A stretch of DNA of 64,000 nt from an uncultured Lentisphaerales bacterium. Lineage in GTDB: Bacteria > Verrucomicrobiota > Lentisphaeria > JABSQK01 > UBA12247. Location: contig CALSSJ010000012.1 of NCBI GenBank assembly GCA_943788985.1, positions 96,001-160,000 of the forward strand. The letters are read 5' to 3'. The position numbers were made by a program, and so were the translations under genes. Positions 19,540-31,700 of this stretch are shown in pieces. Within the stretch, counting starts at the first letter, position 1. Every line of letters begins with the position of its first letter. The notes beneath the pieces are model-generated. The model was not told where the DNA came from. It saw nothing but the letters and a program-made list of their open reading frames with translations, and did not search any database.

Positions 19540-20981
19540 TGATGACGAAGTGCTTGTGGGGCGCGGCATTGATCCTGGCTGGTGTGCTCAGCAGTGCTGC
19601 GGAGTCCGCAGCGCCAGCCAAGCCCAATATTGTCATCATCCTCGCCGATGACCTGGGCTACGGAGATTGCAGCTACAACAATCCGGACTCGAAGATTCAC
19701 ACACCGCACATTGACCGGCTGGCAAAAGAGGGGCTACGCTTCAGCGATGCCCATTCTGCTGCCGCTACCTGCACGCCCTCGCGGTATGGTCTGCTCACTG
19801 GCATTAATCCCGCCAGGACCGGGGTGAGAAACACGCTGCTGAAAAAGGGCAAGCCCATCATCGACGAGCAGGAGACCACGATCGCGGCCCTGCTGAAACG
19901 CCAGGGCTACTCCACCCAGATGGTAGGCAAGTGGCATCTGGGCTTCGACATGGAGATGTCAGGAAAGAGACCGGAGTTCGATTTTTCCCGACCGCTGACC
20001 GGCGGGCCGCTGGATCGCGGATTCGATGCGTTCTTCGGCATTCATTCATCCCCGGGCTCCCAGCCGTATTTCTATATCGACGGTCGCGCTCCTGTTGCGG
20101 CACCGACCAAGATGAGCTCTGGTTCCTCTGGCCGGCAGGGCAAGAAGACTTCTTGGGTCAAGGGGAAAATAGCCCCCGGCTATGAGCATGAGGCGGTTGC
20201 TCCCCACCTCTGTGACAAAGCGGTAGAGATGATTCACGACCATGCCGCAGCGCCGAAAGGCAAGCCGCTGTTTCTCTATTATGCGTTCAGCTCCCCCCAC
20301 GCTCCCTGGCTGCCCAGCCAAGAATTTATCGGGAAAAGCGGCGTAGGAATCTACGGGGATTTCGTGGTGCAGCTTGATCATGAAGTCGGCCGGATTCAGC
20401 AGGCGCTCCGAGATACGGGTCTGGACCAGGATACCCTTCTTATCTTCACCAGCGACAACGGCCCGAGTTCGCATGCCGCCCAGGATAGTGAAGGGGCCGG
20501 GCATGCCGTTGCAGGCGTCTTTCGCGGGGGGAAAGCCTTCGCCTATGAGGGCGGGCATCGTGTGCCGTTCATCGCCACCTGGCCTGGCAGCATCCCAGCC
20601 GGGAGCGTGACGGAAAGCACCATTAATTTGACGGATGTTTTCGCGACACTGGCAGACCTGCTGCAGCTCGATGGCCCGCACGCCTGTCCCAGCATCACCG
20701 GTGACAGTCACAGTTTCCTGGCCGCTTTGCTCGAGCCCGGAAAGCGCGCGCCCCGTCCGCCCATGGTGAATACGCTGGACTGCATCCGCATCGACGATTG
20801 GAAGCTGGTGCACCCCGGGAGAGGGCGAGGCCCCAGCGAAACCAATGTCTCGAAGTTCAAGCTGTTCAATCTCGCCAATGACCTGGCCGAAGAACAGGAT
20901 CTAGCGGCGCAGAATCCGGAGAAGCTGAAGCGCCTCTATCGGCACTACAAGGGGTTCATAGGCGAGCGGAAGCTGAAGTAA
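19539..20981 (+). CDS. secreted arylsulfatase (Cys-type)
   Basis: Signal peptide, KPNIVIILADDLGYGD, CTPSRYGLLTG, GKWHLG, FTSDNG, YEGGHRVPFI. Confidence 0.93.
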   Translation: MMTKCLWGAALILAGVLSSAAESAAPAKPNIVIILADDLGYGDCSYNNPDSKIHTPHIDRLAKEGLRFSDAHSAAATCTPSRYGLLTGINPARTGVRNTLLKKGKPIIDEQETTIAALLKRQGYSTQMVGKWHLGFDMEMSGKRPEFDFSRPLTGGPLDRGFDAFFGIHSSPGSQPYFYIDGRAPVAAPTKMSSGSSGRQGKKTSWVKGKIAPGYEHEAVAPHLCDKAVEMIHDHAAAPKGKPLFLYYAFSSPHAPWLPSQEFIGKSGVGIYGDFVVQLDHEVGRIQQALRDTGLDQDTLLIFTSDNGPSSHAAQDSEGAGHAVAGVFRGGKAFAYEGGHRVPFIATWPGSIPAGSVTESTINLTDVFATLADLLQLDGPHACPSITGDSHSFLAALLEPGKRAPRPPMVNTLDCIRIDDWKLVHPGRGRGPSETNVSKFKLFNLANDLAEEQDLAAQNPEKLKRLYRHYKGFIGERKLK

Positions 20982-21022
20982 GATGATCAGACCGCTACCA
21001 CATATTCTGCAGGAATCCCGTT

Positions 21023-21832
21023 ATGTTTAGCTTCACCTGCCCTCATTGCCAGGAAGTTCTTGAGCAGGAAGAGGACTACACGGGCAGTAAAGTCCGATGT
21101 TACGCGTGTGGCGAGAAATTCATCGTCGCGATCGACAATGATTGCGCGCCTGAACCTGCCTTGCCTCAGACACCAGCTGTTCGGTCAAGGCCAAGACCGA
21201 AACGAAGAAGTGGCCAGAGGGCTACGTCACGATCACTCCCAGAGAGAACACGACGGCCTAGCCGGAAACCAGTGCAGGCTCCCAAGAAGCCGCCAGCAAA
21301 GCGCCCCAAATTCATCTGGGTCGCTCTCGGCGTCTGCTGCATTGGCATTGCTGCGATGGTGATTTCCTCGAGCAAGACAAACACTTCGGCTCGCAGCACA
21401 AGTGCTTTGAGCAAATCAGCTGGCGACCCCAAGAAAACGGCAATGGTGGAACCCGAAGCTGTCGTGAACGGTGCCGAGGAAGAACCTTCTACCCCAGTGC
21501 AGGTAGAGCCAATCTCGGACGAAAGCCAAGTATTTACCTTCAAGGGAAAGCTCGTGGGCTGGAAGCACGAGACGAAGCATCCGAATACACTGCGGTTCGA
21601 CCTGCTGGGCTATAAGGACGATGGATCGGGTAAAATGCGCTTTCCGTCAGCAGGGGATGCCATCAAGGGCATAAACCTCGAGGGGTTCGTAGATACCTAT
21701 GTCCGGGTGGGCTTCAGGGGATGCTATGACGACACAGGCAACAAGATCTATACAGAGAAGATTTTGGACATTGAGGAGCTTGAGGCCGCAGAACTGAAGG
21801 CGTACCTGGCTGATATAGAGGAAACAGTCTGA
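21023..21832 (+). CDS. zinc-ribbon, single-TM hypothetical protein
   Basis: CPHC...CYAC N-terminus, basic linker, hydrophobic FIWVALGVCCIGIAAMVI, C-terminal beta domain. Confidence 0.75.
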   Translation: MFSFTCPHCQEVLEQEEDYTGSKVRCYACGEKFIVAIDNDCAPEPALPQTPAVRSRPRPKRRSGQRATSRSLPERTRRPSRKPVQAPKKPPAKRPKFIWVALGVCCIGIAAMVISSSKTNTSARSTSALSKSAGDPKKTAMVEPEAVVNGAEEEPSTPVQVEPISDESQVFTFKGKLVGWKHETKHPNTLRFDLLGYKDDGSGKMRFPSAGDAIKGINLEGFVDTYVRVGFRGCYDDTGNKIYTEKILDIEELEAAELKAYLADIEETV

Positions 21833-21859
21833 CCCGCGTGTTTGATCCTTCCCCCAACG

Positions 21860-22826
21860 CCTTGGCCTTTTCGGGGACCTGGGGACCGCGCATGTCGGAT
21901 TCCGTCGGCGATGCAGCCCGATGAGCTGAAACACTTCAAGGTAGGCGAGTTTGCGGCGCAGATTTCCCAACTGACGACTGCCTCCTACGTGATGGTCAAC
22001 GTCACCCAACCTGCGCATGGCAATTTTCTTCACCGGGCCGCATCCTGAACCTGGCAGAATCCCTTAAGTTGGCAAAGCCAGTATTTCCGACCCGGGATGT
22101 GCTGGGAGAGGTGTTGGAGGCAATTGCGAACGCCAACAAGAAGGCCTTGGTGTACTTTGCTGCCGAAGGGTTTCACGCCCACGGCAATGGCAGCAGTCGT
22201 GCCCCCTGGGACAGGCATGTGTAAATCATTGGGCATGACGCATGATGACGCCACTGGTGAGCTCCTGGTCGGGTATTACGCAAAGAGATACAAGACCAAG
22301 ATTCACGGTTGGTGGTTTGACGGTTCAGGCGCGTTGGACAGCCAGGAAAGACTTGCCTGGCGCAAGCTGGTGCGTGCCGAAAACCCCAAGGCGATCGTGG
22401 TCTTCAATCGCATGGCCGGTCCGCCATTTCGGTCGACTGCCCTAGTGCGATTTCTTTGGTGGGCATCCTACCCCCCAGATCCGTGCATAAGTTCTGGGAC
22501 ATGGTCAACCTGCCCATGATAGAGGCGCTCGAGGCGGGGGCTTGGATGGATCCGCAAGGCAATCCAGTTGAGCAACCAGGAAGCGGCGCCCCTGGGGCAT
22601 GTGTTCATTGGGCATGCAGGACCGCTGGAATTTTGGCAAATGTGCCTTCCCGCCTGATCAGGCTGTTGACTGGACGACACGGGTACTCGCAGCGGGCGGG
22701 ATGTACACCTGGCATGCCCCGCGAAGCGGATCCGCAATGGCAAGACAGCAGTTTAAGCTGCTACTCAAGATCAACAACGCAGTAAAACGCGCGAGAGGCG
22801 ATCAGGGGACCATCAAACAGAAATAA
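21860..22826 (+). pseudogene. 5'-truncated, fragmented fucosidase/fucanase-like (GH29/GH107-like) gene
   Basis: Fragments GTWG.R, FAAQISQLTTASYVMVNVTQPAHG, FPTRDVLGE, YAKRY...GWWFDG and GGMYTW in different frames; no signal peptide or start codon recognised. Confidence 0.5.
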
Positions 22827-23304
22827 CGGACGCATCGCGCCGAACAGCATCAAGGTTCTGAGATCAGTGGCAGGAGTTTCTTATCCACGGCAGCGCTGAC
22901 GGGAGGCGCACGGGAGCACGCCAGAAGCTGATTTTTTTAGGTTTGCGAGGCAGGAACTCACGTCTTCACTCAAGGCTTTGCGGATTGTACACCTCAAGTC
23001 GCACTCGAAGGACTTCCATGAGTAAAAGAGGGGTAGCTTGGCTCTCTGAGCCGAGCCGCGGTGTGCTATGGGGGACGCGGGTCAGAGACCCAACGCTACT
23101 TCTTCGGGGATGTCACGCGGGCTGGAGCCGGAGATGCACGGCCGTCACGGTGGGGGCGGTTCCGAATGATGCCCTTCTTGCACTCATGGGGGATGCATTG
23201 TTGCGCGTTGTGGCCTTAACTTTTTCGGGTACTATGCTGTGACGTCGACGTTTCCCGCGGACGCCCGCTACTCCCACCACTATCACCAACAGAAAAGATA
23301 TCCA

Positions 23305-24938
23305 ATGAAGCCACTGCATCTGCTTGTCACCTTGATCACCACGCTCTCCCTCACCAGCCTGGCCGACGTGAGGCCAGCGAAACTGTTTTCCGACCACATG
23401 GTGATTCAGCGCGAGACCCAGGCCCCGGTCTGGGGCTGGGCAGATCCCGGGGAAACGGTCACGGTGACCGGCGACTGGGGGGCGTCGGCAACCACGACGG
23501 CAGATGCCGTTGGCAAGTGGAAACTGAAGCTTCAGACGCCCGCTGCCGGAGGGCCGCCACGCCATTTCGATCCAGGGCCGCAATACAGTGGGCATCAAGA
23601 ATGTGCTCGTGGGAGAGGTGTGGCTGTGCTCGGGGCAGTCGAACATGGACTTTTTCGATGAAGATGCTGGCCAAGTCCAGCAAGCGGACCGAAGAAAGAG
23701 ACAAGCCGCTCGCCGACTATCTCAAGAAGGAAATGGAAACGGCCCAGGATGACCTTCTCCGCCAGTTTACGGTCCAGAAAAGGACCTCACCGTTCGCAGC
23801 GGTGGCGACAGTGAACAGGCGATTGGGCGGCATCGGCCCCGGAAACCAACCCGGAGTTCTCCGCTACAGCCTATTTCTTTGGGCGCGAACTGCGCCAGGG
23901 CGCTTGGCGTACCGTGTCGGCCTGATCGAGTGCGCCTGGGGCGGCACGCGGGTCGAGCCCTGGATGCCTGCGGAAGCCTTTGAAGACGACAAGACAATGG
24001 GCCGCCTATTTCGAGAGCAATATGTCTGCTCTCAAGGGGAAGGTCGCCGCCTGGGATCCGGCTCAGGTGGAGGGCGAAACACCAGGCCGCATTAAAGCGC
24101 TGGCAGGCGACCAAGAAGCGCCGGAAGCCCCGAAAGGCGGCGGACCCGAAAAGCAGCTCGCAAGTTTCCCGCCACACGTCTTCAACGGCATGGTCAGCCC
24201 AGTTCTTCCCTATGCGCTCAAAGGCGCCATCTGGTACCAGGGTGAATCGAATGCCGGGCACAACACTGAAAAATATGCACGCAACTTCGAGGCGATGATC
24301 AAGGGCTGGCGCGCGCGGTGGGGCCAGGGTGATTTCCCTTTCTATTTTGCACAGTTGGCCAACTTCAAGGCCCCTCCCGCGGAACCAGTCGAACATAACG
24401 GCTGGGCATCTGTGTGCGATCAGCAAAGAAGAACGCTCAGCCTCACGAATACCGGCATGGCAGTGCTCAACGACATCGGTGAACCCAACGACATCCACCC
24501 CGCACAACAAGATGGATGTGGGCAGGCGCCTGGCTCTCTGGGCACTAAAGAATGATTACGGATTGGCGATTCCTGCCTGGAGCGGGCCCTTGTATCGGAG
24601 TCATGAGGTCACGGGCAACAAAGTGATCATCAGCTTCGACCATGCAGGGGCGGGGCTAATGGCAGGCACCAAGAGTGGAATGGACAATGCACAGCAGACC
24701 GAGGCACCGCTGAAACGCTTCCAGATTTGTGGCGAGGACCGCGAGTGGCACTGGGCGGATGCCGAAATCACCGGTCCAGACGCCATCACAGTCTCCCATC
24801 CAGACGTGCGCCAACCGCTCGTGGTTCGCTATGCCTGGGCCCAGAATCCCGAGGGGCGCGAATCTCTACAACAAAGAGGGCTTGCCCGCTTCTATTTTTA
24901 CCACGGAAACGGAAATCCCCGCCAGGGAACCTCGCTGA
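23305..24938 (+). CDS. sialate O-acetylesterase (SASA/SGNH) family protein, multiply frameshifted
   Basis: [10 protein letters not shown]...[57 protein letters not shown]. Confidence 0.88.
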
Positions 24939-25185
24939 GCAAGGTTCCCACAGCACGATGGAAAGGAGAAGGATGAACGTCATGATCGCGATTGCGATGA
25001 TCGCAGCCACTCCCGCAGATGCCTTGGATGCGATTTTTCGCTTCGATGCTCTAAGTCCGGCAGACTGCTAGGCGATGGGATCAATCGAGACTTCGAGGCG
25101 TCTTACGTTGCGATCGGGCGCCGATATCTTGGGCGTACTCGCAGGGGCCGCAGGCTGGAGAGAGGTTGGAAGAGTACAGTAGTGG

Positions 25186-26059
25186 ATGAATGAGTTACGG
25201 GTTAGCAGTCAAGAAGGCGCTCCTGGGCTGGGATTGTGGGGCAGAGAGTCTTCGCTGCTGCCCTGGCTTGCGACGCTGCAGGCAAAGGGAATCAGCTACT
25301 CGTCGGCGCGAGTCGGCAAGAAGTGGCTGATCCTGGTTGATGGGTGCGATGCGGCGCGCGCACAGGCCGAGATCGCGACTCTTGAGGCGGAGGGAGACCT
25401 CTGGTTTGAGCCGCCCTTGGGGCCTGCGTTACCAACTGGCGCGGGCACGGTCGCAGTGCTATTGGGGCTGCTTCTGATGTTCTCCCTGACGGGTGCCTCA
25501 GCAGGACACCGACGTGGCTCTGCGGGCTGCCTGGAACAGCGGCGAAGCGGTGTGGGACAGGCGAGTGGTATCGCTGCTGGACGGCGCTGTGGCTGCACGC
25601 AGATGCCACACATCTAGCCGGAAACCTTTTCGGCATGGCGGTAGTTGGCTGCGGGTCTGCCAACGAAAAGGAGACGGCGTGGGCTGGCTGATGCTGTTCC
25701 TGTCTGCGGGAATCGCCAACGCCTGGAATGGCGCGTGGCAGACGCATTTGTCGATTGGAGCTTCGACCATGGTCTTCGCGGGATTCGGAATCCTGGTGGC
25801 TGCCTGGCAGGCCAGTGGGCGAGCGAGCTATGGGCAGATCGTGGCCATGCTGTTAGCATTGCTGGGGATCCTCGGGACAGGTGGTGCTCGGACGGACATT
25901 GGCGCGCACCTGTGCGGCCTTGTGTGCGGTTTCCTGATTGGGCGGGCGTTTGAGCACGCAGAAGTGGCGTTTGATAGCTTGCGGCAGGATTGGGCAGCGC
26001 TTGCGGTGCTAGGCTTGAATGTCGTAGCCTGGGGCGCGTGGGCGATTATGGCAGGCTGA
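25186..26059 (+). CDS. rhomboid-family intramembrane serine protease, frameshifted
   Basis: SIGASTMVF (GxS motif) and TDIGAHLCG (catalytic His); multiple TM segments. Confidence 0.85.
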
Positions 26060-26062
26060 GAT

Positions 26063-26201
26063 CAATATCCAACAGCCGAAGGCAGGCGAAGTCTACGAAT
26101 CTCCAATTCCCATCGGATCGATCGCCAATCCTGTGCCATCGATGGTTGGCCCTGCGTCTTCCCTTGGAAATTGGAAATTCCGTGTTGGCTGTTGGATATT
26201 G
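26063..26201. repeat. intergenic element with 15-bp terminal inverted repeat
   Basis: CAATATCCAACAGCC (26063-26077) / GGCTGTTGGATATTG (26187-26201); internal TTGGAAA tandem. Confidence 0.7.
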
Positions 26202-26202
26202 C

Positions 26203-27149
26203 TCAGGCGTTGCCAGCCTCTTGGAAGCGCACGCGTGGGTCGAGCAACCCGTAGGCGAGATCGGCGATGAGGTTGCAGATCACGATGAAGGTTCCGTAGA
26301 CGATGACGGTGCCGATTACCAGCGTGAAGTCGCGGTTCAGGGCACTTTCGACGAACTTGCTGCCCAGCCCGGGAATGCCGAAGATCATTTCAACGACAAG
26401 TGAGCCAGTGGTGACGGAGGCGATCGGCTGGCCCGAGATAGCTGACTACTGGCATCAGGGCACCACGCAGAGCATGGCGCAGAATCACGATGCGCTCGGG
26501 CAAGCCCTTGGCGCGGGCTGTGCGGATGTAATCCTGCTGCAGGACTTCGAGCATGCCAGCGCGGGCCAGGCGTGCGATGCGGGCTGCGAATGGGAAGGCC
26601 AAGGTGAGCGCGGGTAGAATCAGGTAGACCGGCGCGCGAATGCCCTCATAGCCGGTCAGTGGTAGCCAGTCGAGCTTCATGGCAAACAGAATCTGCAGCA
26701 TCGGGCCAATCACAAAGGTTGGCAGGCTGATCCCGATGACGGCCAAGAGCATGGCACCTACATCGCGCGCGGAGTTTTGGTGCAAGGCGGCGATGGTTCC
26801 CAGAATCAGGCCCATTCCCAGCGCCAGGCAGAGTGCCAAGCCGCCGAGCAACATCGAGGCGGGGAGAGCACGAGCAATAATCTCGGTGACCGAATGGCCC
26901 TTGTGCTTGATCGATGGGCCCAGATCACCTTTTGCGAGGTCCGCAAGAAAGCAGCCGTATTGCACGGCTAGCGGACGGTCGAGCCGGTACTTTGCTTCAA
27001 GTGCAGCCATGACCTGGGGATCGACATTGCGGTCGCCTGAGAAAGGGTTGCCAGGCGCGAAGCGGATCAGAAAGAACGAGATGGTGATGAGGACCAGCAG
27101 CACGACCGGTGGCCTGGAGTAAGCGAACCATTGGCATAGCGAGCCACAT
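26203..27149 (-). CDS. oppB: oligopeptide ABC transporter permease OppB, frameshifted
   Basis: ITISFFLIRFAPGNPF, GDLGPS, ARLARAGMLEVLQQDYIRTARAKGL, IFGIPGLG, DLAYGLLDPRVR. Confidence 0.9.
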
Positions 27150-28763
27150 CAGCGCTCCAGCCAGATGTACTTGAGCGGGTGATAGTCCCGCACATTGTCG
27201 TACCAGCCCAGAACTTGCTCGGCGAGCAGGCCTTGATTGACGTAGATGTAGAGCGGCAGGATAGGCATCTCCTGTTCCACTAGAATGCGCTCCATATCCT
27301 GAAACAGCGCGAAGCGAGTCGCTTTGTCTGGTTCATTAGCGGCCTGCTGCAGTAGCTCGTCGTAGGGCTTGCTGGACCAGCCGGTGCGATTGTTGCCGCC
27401 GTCGGAAACCCACATGTCGAAGAATGTATTTGGATCGTTGTAGTCGCCGATCCAGCTTGAGCGCGCGATCTGGTAATTTAGCTGATTCATGTCGCTTAGA
27501 AACACCTTCCACTCGGAGTTATGGAGGGAGATCTGCGCGCCCAAGTTGTTCTTCCATTGCTGGGATAGGGCCTCTGCCACGGCCTTGTGCCCCTCGCTGG
27601 TATTGTAAAGCAGTTCGACCTCTGGGAAGGGGTTTGCCGTTCTGGCCATAGCCGGCCTCGGCCAACAGGGCCACGGCTTTCTCTGGATCGTAGGCGAGCC
27701 CGGCTACGTGTTTGTAGCCGCCTGCGGGGGGGCAGAACCAGGTGGCTGGCTCTTGGCCGCCCTTGAGAATATGGGAGGTGATCAACTCGCGATTGGTCGC
27801 CAAGGCAAAGGCTTGACGCACGCGGGCGTCGTTGAACGGCGGCTTGGTGCAGTTGAATCGGTAGAAGTAGACTCCTAGGTATGGCATGACGTAGTAATCC
27901 GGGTCGCGTTGCGCCTCCTCGATTCTTGCTAACGGGAGCGCTGGCAGCCAGTGCAACTGCTTCTTTTTGAAGAGGTTAAAGGCGACGTTGAGCTCGGTTT
28001 GCGGACTGACTGTAATCTTCTTGAGAGTGACGTGCTTGCGGTCCCAGTAGTGAGGATTTCCGGTCAGCTCGATCCGCTGCTCCGGGAGCCACTCGCTGAG
28101 GACGAATGGGCCGTTGTTGACGATGTTGTCCTTCCGCACCCAGCGATCGCCATGTTGCTTTATTACGGCCGTTGGTGTTGGAAACAGGGTGTGGAAGGCC
28201 ACCAAGTCCAGGAAGTATGGGCACGGGCGTTCCAGCGTGGACAACGAAGGTCCGCGCGTCTGGGGCTGTGGCACCGACTTCAGCGAACTCCGCAATATCG
28301 CCACGGTTAAGGCCTCGGCGTTCTTGACCGGGTAAAGCTGGTAGGCGTAGGCTGCAGCGGTAGTTGGGGTGAGGACGCGCTCCCAGGAGGCCATGAAATC
28401 CTGGCTGGTCACGGGCGAGCCGTCTGACCACTTTGCGTTCGCTCGCAGGTTGAAGGTGTAGCTGAGTTGATCAGCGGAGATGCTCCAGGACGCGGCGACA
28501 CCAGGGCGCGGCTCAAGCGTTTCTGGGTCCAGCGAGATCAGGCCTTCGAACAGCGCATCGACAATCCGTGATTCGGGAACGCCGGTGATGAGTGCTGGAT
28601 CCAGTGTCTCTGGCTCCGTTCCGTTGTTGAAGACGAAGTGCTGCTCGGTCTCCCTCCAGGCATCGCCTTCTGGAAGCAAGCGTGCTTTCCAGGCTGGCAA
28701 TTCGGCTGCCGCTGCGGAGTTCGCAATCCACAACATGATCAAGATCATCACGAGCTGTCGCAT
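27149..28763 (-). CDS. oppA: oligopeptide ABC transporter substrate-binding protein OppA, frameshifted
   Basis: NGTEPETLDP, LFEGL, AKWSDG.PVT..DF, NGPF.L.EW, PFNDARVRQA, WIGDYNDP. Confidence 0.9.
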
Positions 28764-28786
28764 GAGAGGCTCCCGAGGCAGGCTGG

Positions 28787-31700
28787 TTATTCGCTGACTG
28801 CGGATGAGGACAGCGAGAAGATATCGCGCAACTGCTCTGTACTCAAATTCACGATCAATTGCTCGCCGGAAGGAATGATATTCGTGGCCAATTCCTTCTT
28901 CTGCTCGATCATCTGATCGACCTTTTCTTCGACAGTTCCGATGCTAATCAGCTTATGTACTTGCACGTTCCGCGTCTGGCCGATGCGGTAGGCACGGTCT
29001 GTGGCCTGGTCTTCCACTGCCGGGTTCCACCAGCGGTCGAAGTGAAAGACGTGCGAGGCTGCAGTCAGGTTCAAGCCGGTACCTCCCGCTTTCAGCGAGA
29101 GAATGAAGATCGGTGGGCCACCGTCGCGTTGGAAAGCGGTTGACCATGTCATCGCGCTGCCATTGGGGAGTGCCGCCGTGGAGGAAAAAGACCTCTACGC
29201 CGAAGTGCTGCTGCAGACGCTTCTCCATCATCTTGCCCATCTGTGTGAACTGGGTAAAAATCAGGGTCTTGTCGCCTTCTTGAAGGACCACCTCCAGCAT
29301 CTCTTCCAGGCACTGGAACTTGCCTGAACGCTCGGGTTTGAATTCGCTACCGTTCTGAGAAAAATGGAGCGGATGGTTCGTGATCTGCTTGAGCTTGGTG
29401 AGGGTGGCAAGTACGATTCCCTTGCGGGCAATTCCCTCGCGCCCTGCGAGCTTCTCGAGCATGTTGTCCACGACTTCCTGATACAAGGTAGCCTGCTCGG
29501 TGGTCAGGTTACAGTAGACCTTCATTTCCTGCTTCTCTGGAAGATCGCGGATGATGTTGCGGTCTGTCTTCAAGCGGCGCAGGATGAACGGCTTAACGAT
29601 CTTTCGGAGCAGCGCTAATTGTTCGTGGTCGCCGCCGCGTTCGATTGGCAGTGCGAAGTTCGCACGAAAGTTCCCGAGGTCTCCGAGGTAGCCCGGATTC
29701 AGGAATTCCATGATCGACCACAGCTCGGTCAAGCGGTTCTCAACCGGCGTGCCGGTGAGGCAGAAGCGGAATGCGCCCTTGAGTGAGCGCGCCGCGATCG
29801 TCTGCTTGGTGGCGGGATTCTTAATGTTCTGGGCTTCGTCGAGGACGATGTTGCGCCATTCGGTGCGCAGGAAGCTGAGTTGATCGCGGACGAGCAGCGT
29901 GTAGGTCGTGATGATCACATCAGATTCCTCCAGCGTCTGGAGAAACTGATCGTAGACGACGCGGTCGGTTCCATGGTGCACTCGTACGCGGAGGCTCGGC
30001 GAGAAGCGCTGGAATTCTCGTTCCCAGTTGCCGACTACGGACATCGGGCAGACAACCAGTGATGTGCCATTAGACTCGGCATTGTGGACATGATCTCGCA
30101 GCAGCAGCGTGATGGTCTGGATCGTTTTTCCCAAGCCCATGTCGTCTGCCAGACAGGCGCCAAAGCCGAGCTGGCGTAGAAACCACATCCAAGAGAAACC
30201 GACAACCTGATAGTCACGGAGCGTGCCGACCAGCCCGTCTGGTACGGGCAGAATTTCGAAGCCATCCCCTGGCTTGAGTTCGTTGAACAGCCGGCCGATG
30301 TCGCCTTGCACTTGGATGTCGAGAATGGGCAGGCCGCCTTTCGCAGGCATGGCCAGCCCGGCTTCGAGGGCCCCGGCCAGCGTTGCTTCTCCACTGGTGC
30401 CGTTTTCGTCCATGATCTTGACGGTGTTCTGCAGCACTTGGGCATCCAGGCGCATCCATTTTCCACCGTGGTAGACAATCTCCGACTTGCTTTCTGCCAG
30501 CTGGCGAAACTCATCCTCGGTCAGGATCGTATCGCCCACGGAGACTTGCCAGTGGTAGGAGACCAGCTGGTCGACCCCGAGGACGTGCTCGCGATCGTAG
30601 GTGATGCCGGAACGTGGCGCAATCTTAACGCGCAGGCCCAAGGCCTTCTGCGAACTCCGCAACCATGGCGGTAGGATGACCGGAAAGCCTTCCTTCTCAA
30701 GGGCGGCCACGGTCCCATCGAGGAACTCCATAGCCTCGGCCTTGCTCATTTCCAGATAAGCTGGCTCGCGATCGGCAAGTGCGCGACTGAGCGCCGGCAA
30801 CGTCGCACTGGCAGTACCCAAGCCGCCGAGAATGACTTCAGGCAGGATGGCGTTGCCGACTGATTCCTGGGGCTTACCACTCCAAACTTCGTCTGCTTCC
30901 ACGCGGATAGACGGGTCCCGAATCGAGCAGAGCATAAACTCTAGGCGCCAAATCTCGTTTGCTTCTTGCGGGCTGATCATGCGAAACCCAACGCGTAGTC
31001 CAGTTTCCCCCGGCATCGGGCGCATCCCGGCATTCCACTTGTTCACCTGCGAGGCGAATCCTGTGAGCTGCGTATTATTGGCACGCAGCTCCGTGGCCAA
31101 GACTGGCTTGCGCAGCTGCGCCACCCACTGACGTGGCAGGGTAGATTTCCCTTTACCTTTCGGGGCGGCAGCTGGGGGCCTCATTCCTAAATGATGGCGG
31201 ACCAAGTGGTCTACGCAGGCATCAATAAAAGAAAGCGCTAAAAGTTCGGGGTTGCGGCAGTTTTCCAGCTCGTCATCGAGACAGAAGTTCCGACAGATGC
31301 CTGGCACCGAGTTCGCCAGCTGCGCCCAACGGTCTTCCAGATCCGGGGGGATGACCGCGCGCCACGAGCCGTAGTACTTCTGCTGCATATCGATCACGCC
31401 CGGCATGTAGAGCCGCTCGTCTACCAGGTACTGGCTGAAGTCGGTGAGGACACGCCAGTACTGGAGGGAAGGTGCCCATTGGAGTTCATCGGCCACGTGG
31501 GTTCGCACGGAGTGCCCGAGGAGGTATTCCACGGCATCGTCAGTGAGGGACTCGGCGGTCGCAATTTTATAGCGCCGCAATTCCAGGTTCCCACTTACGA
31601 CATCGTCCGGACCCGCAGGCCGATCACCAAAGATGGGCGTATCGAGATAGCGTGTGTGTTCGGGTTCAAATGCCTGCAGGCGTTCCGGAAGTTTCTGCGT

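Noticed and set aside
364..29200. Many frameshifts (aroB, SDR, YkgJ-like, sulfatase, esterase, rhomboid, oppA/B, SNF2) as programmed frameshifting or mass pseudogenisation
   Set aside because: They hit housekeeping genes, often at homopolymers (for example the A-run at 1406-1412 and the T-run at 1610-1616), and the coding sequence is otherwise intact. Uncorrected long-read indels are the simplest explanation; read polishing would decide.
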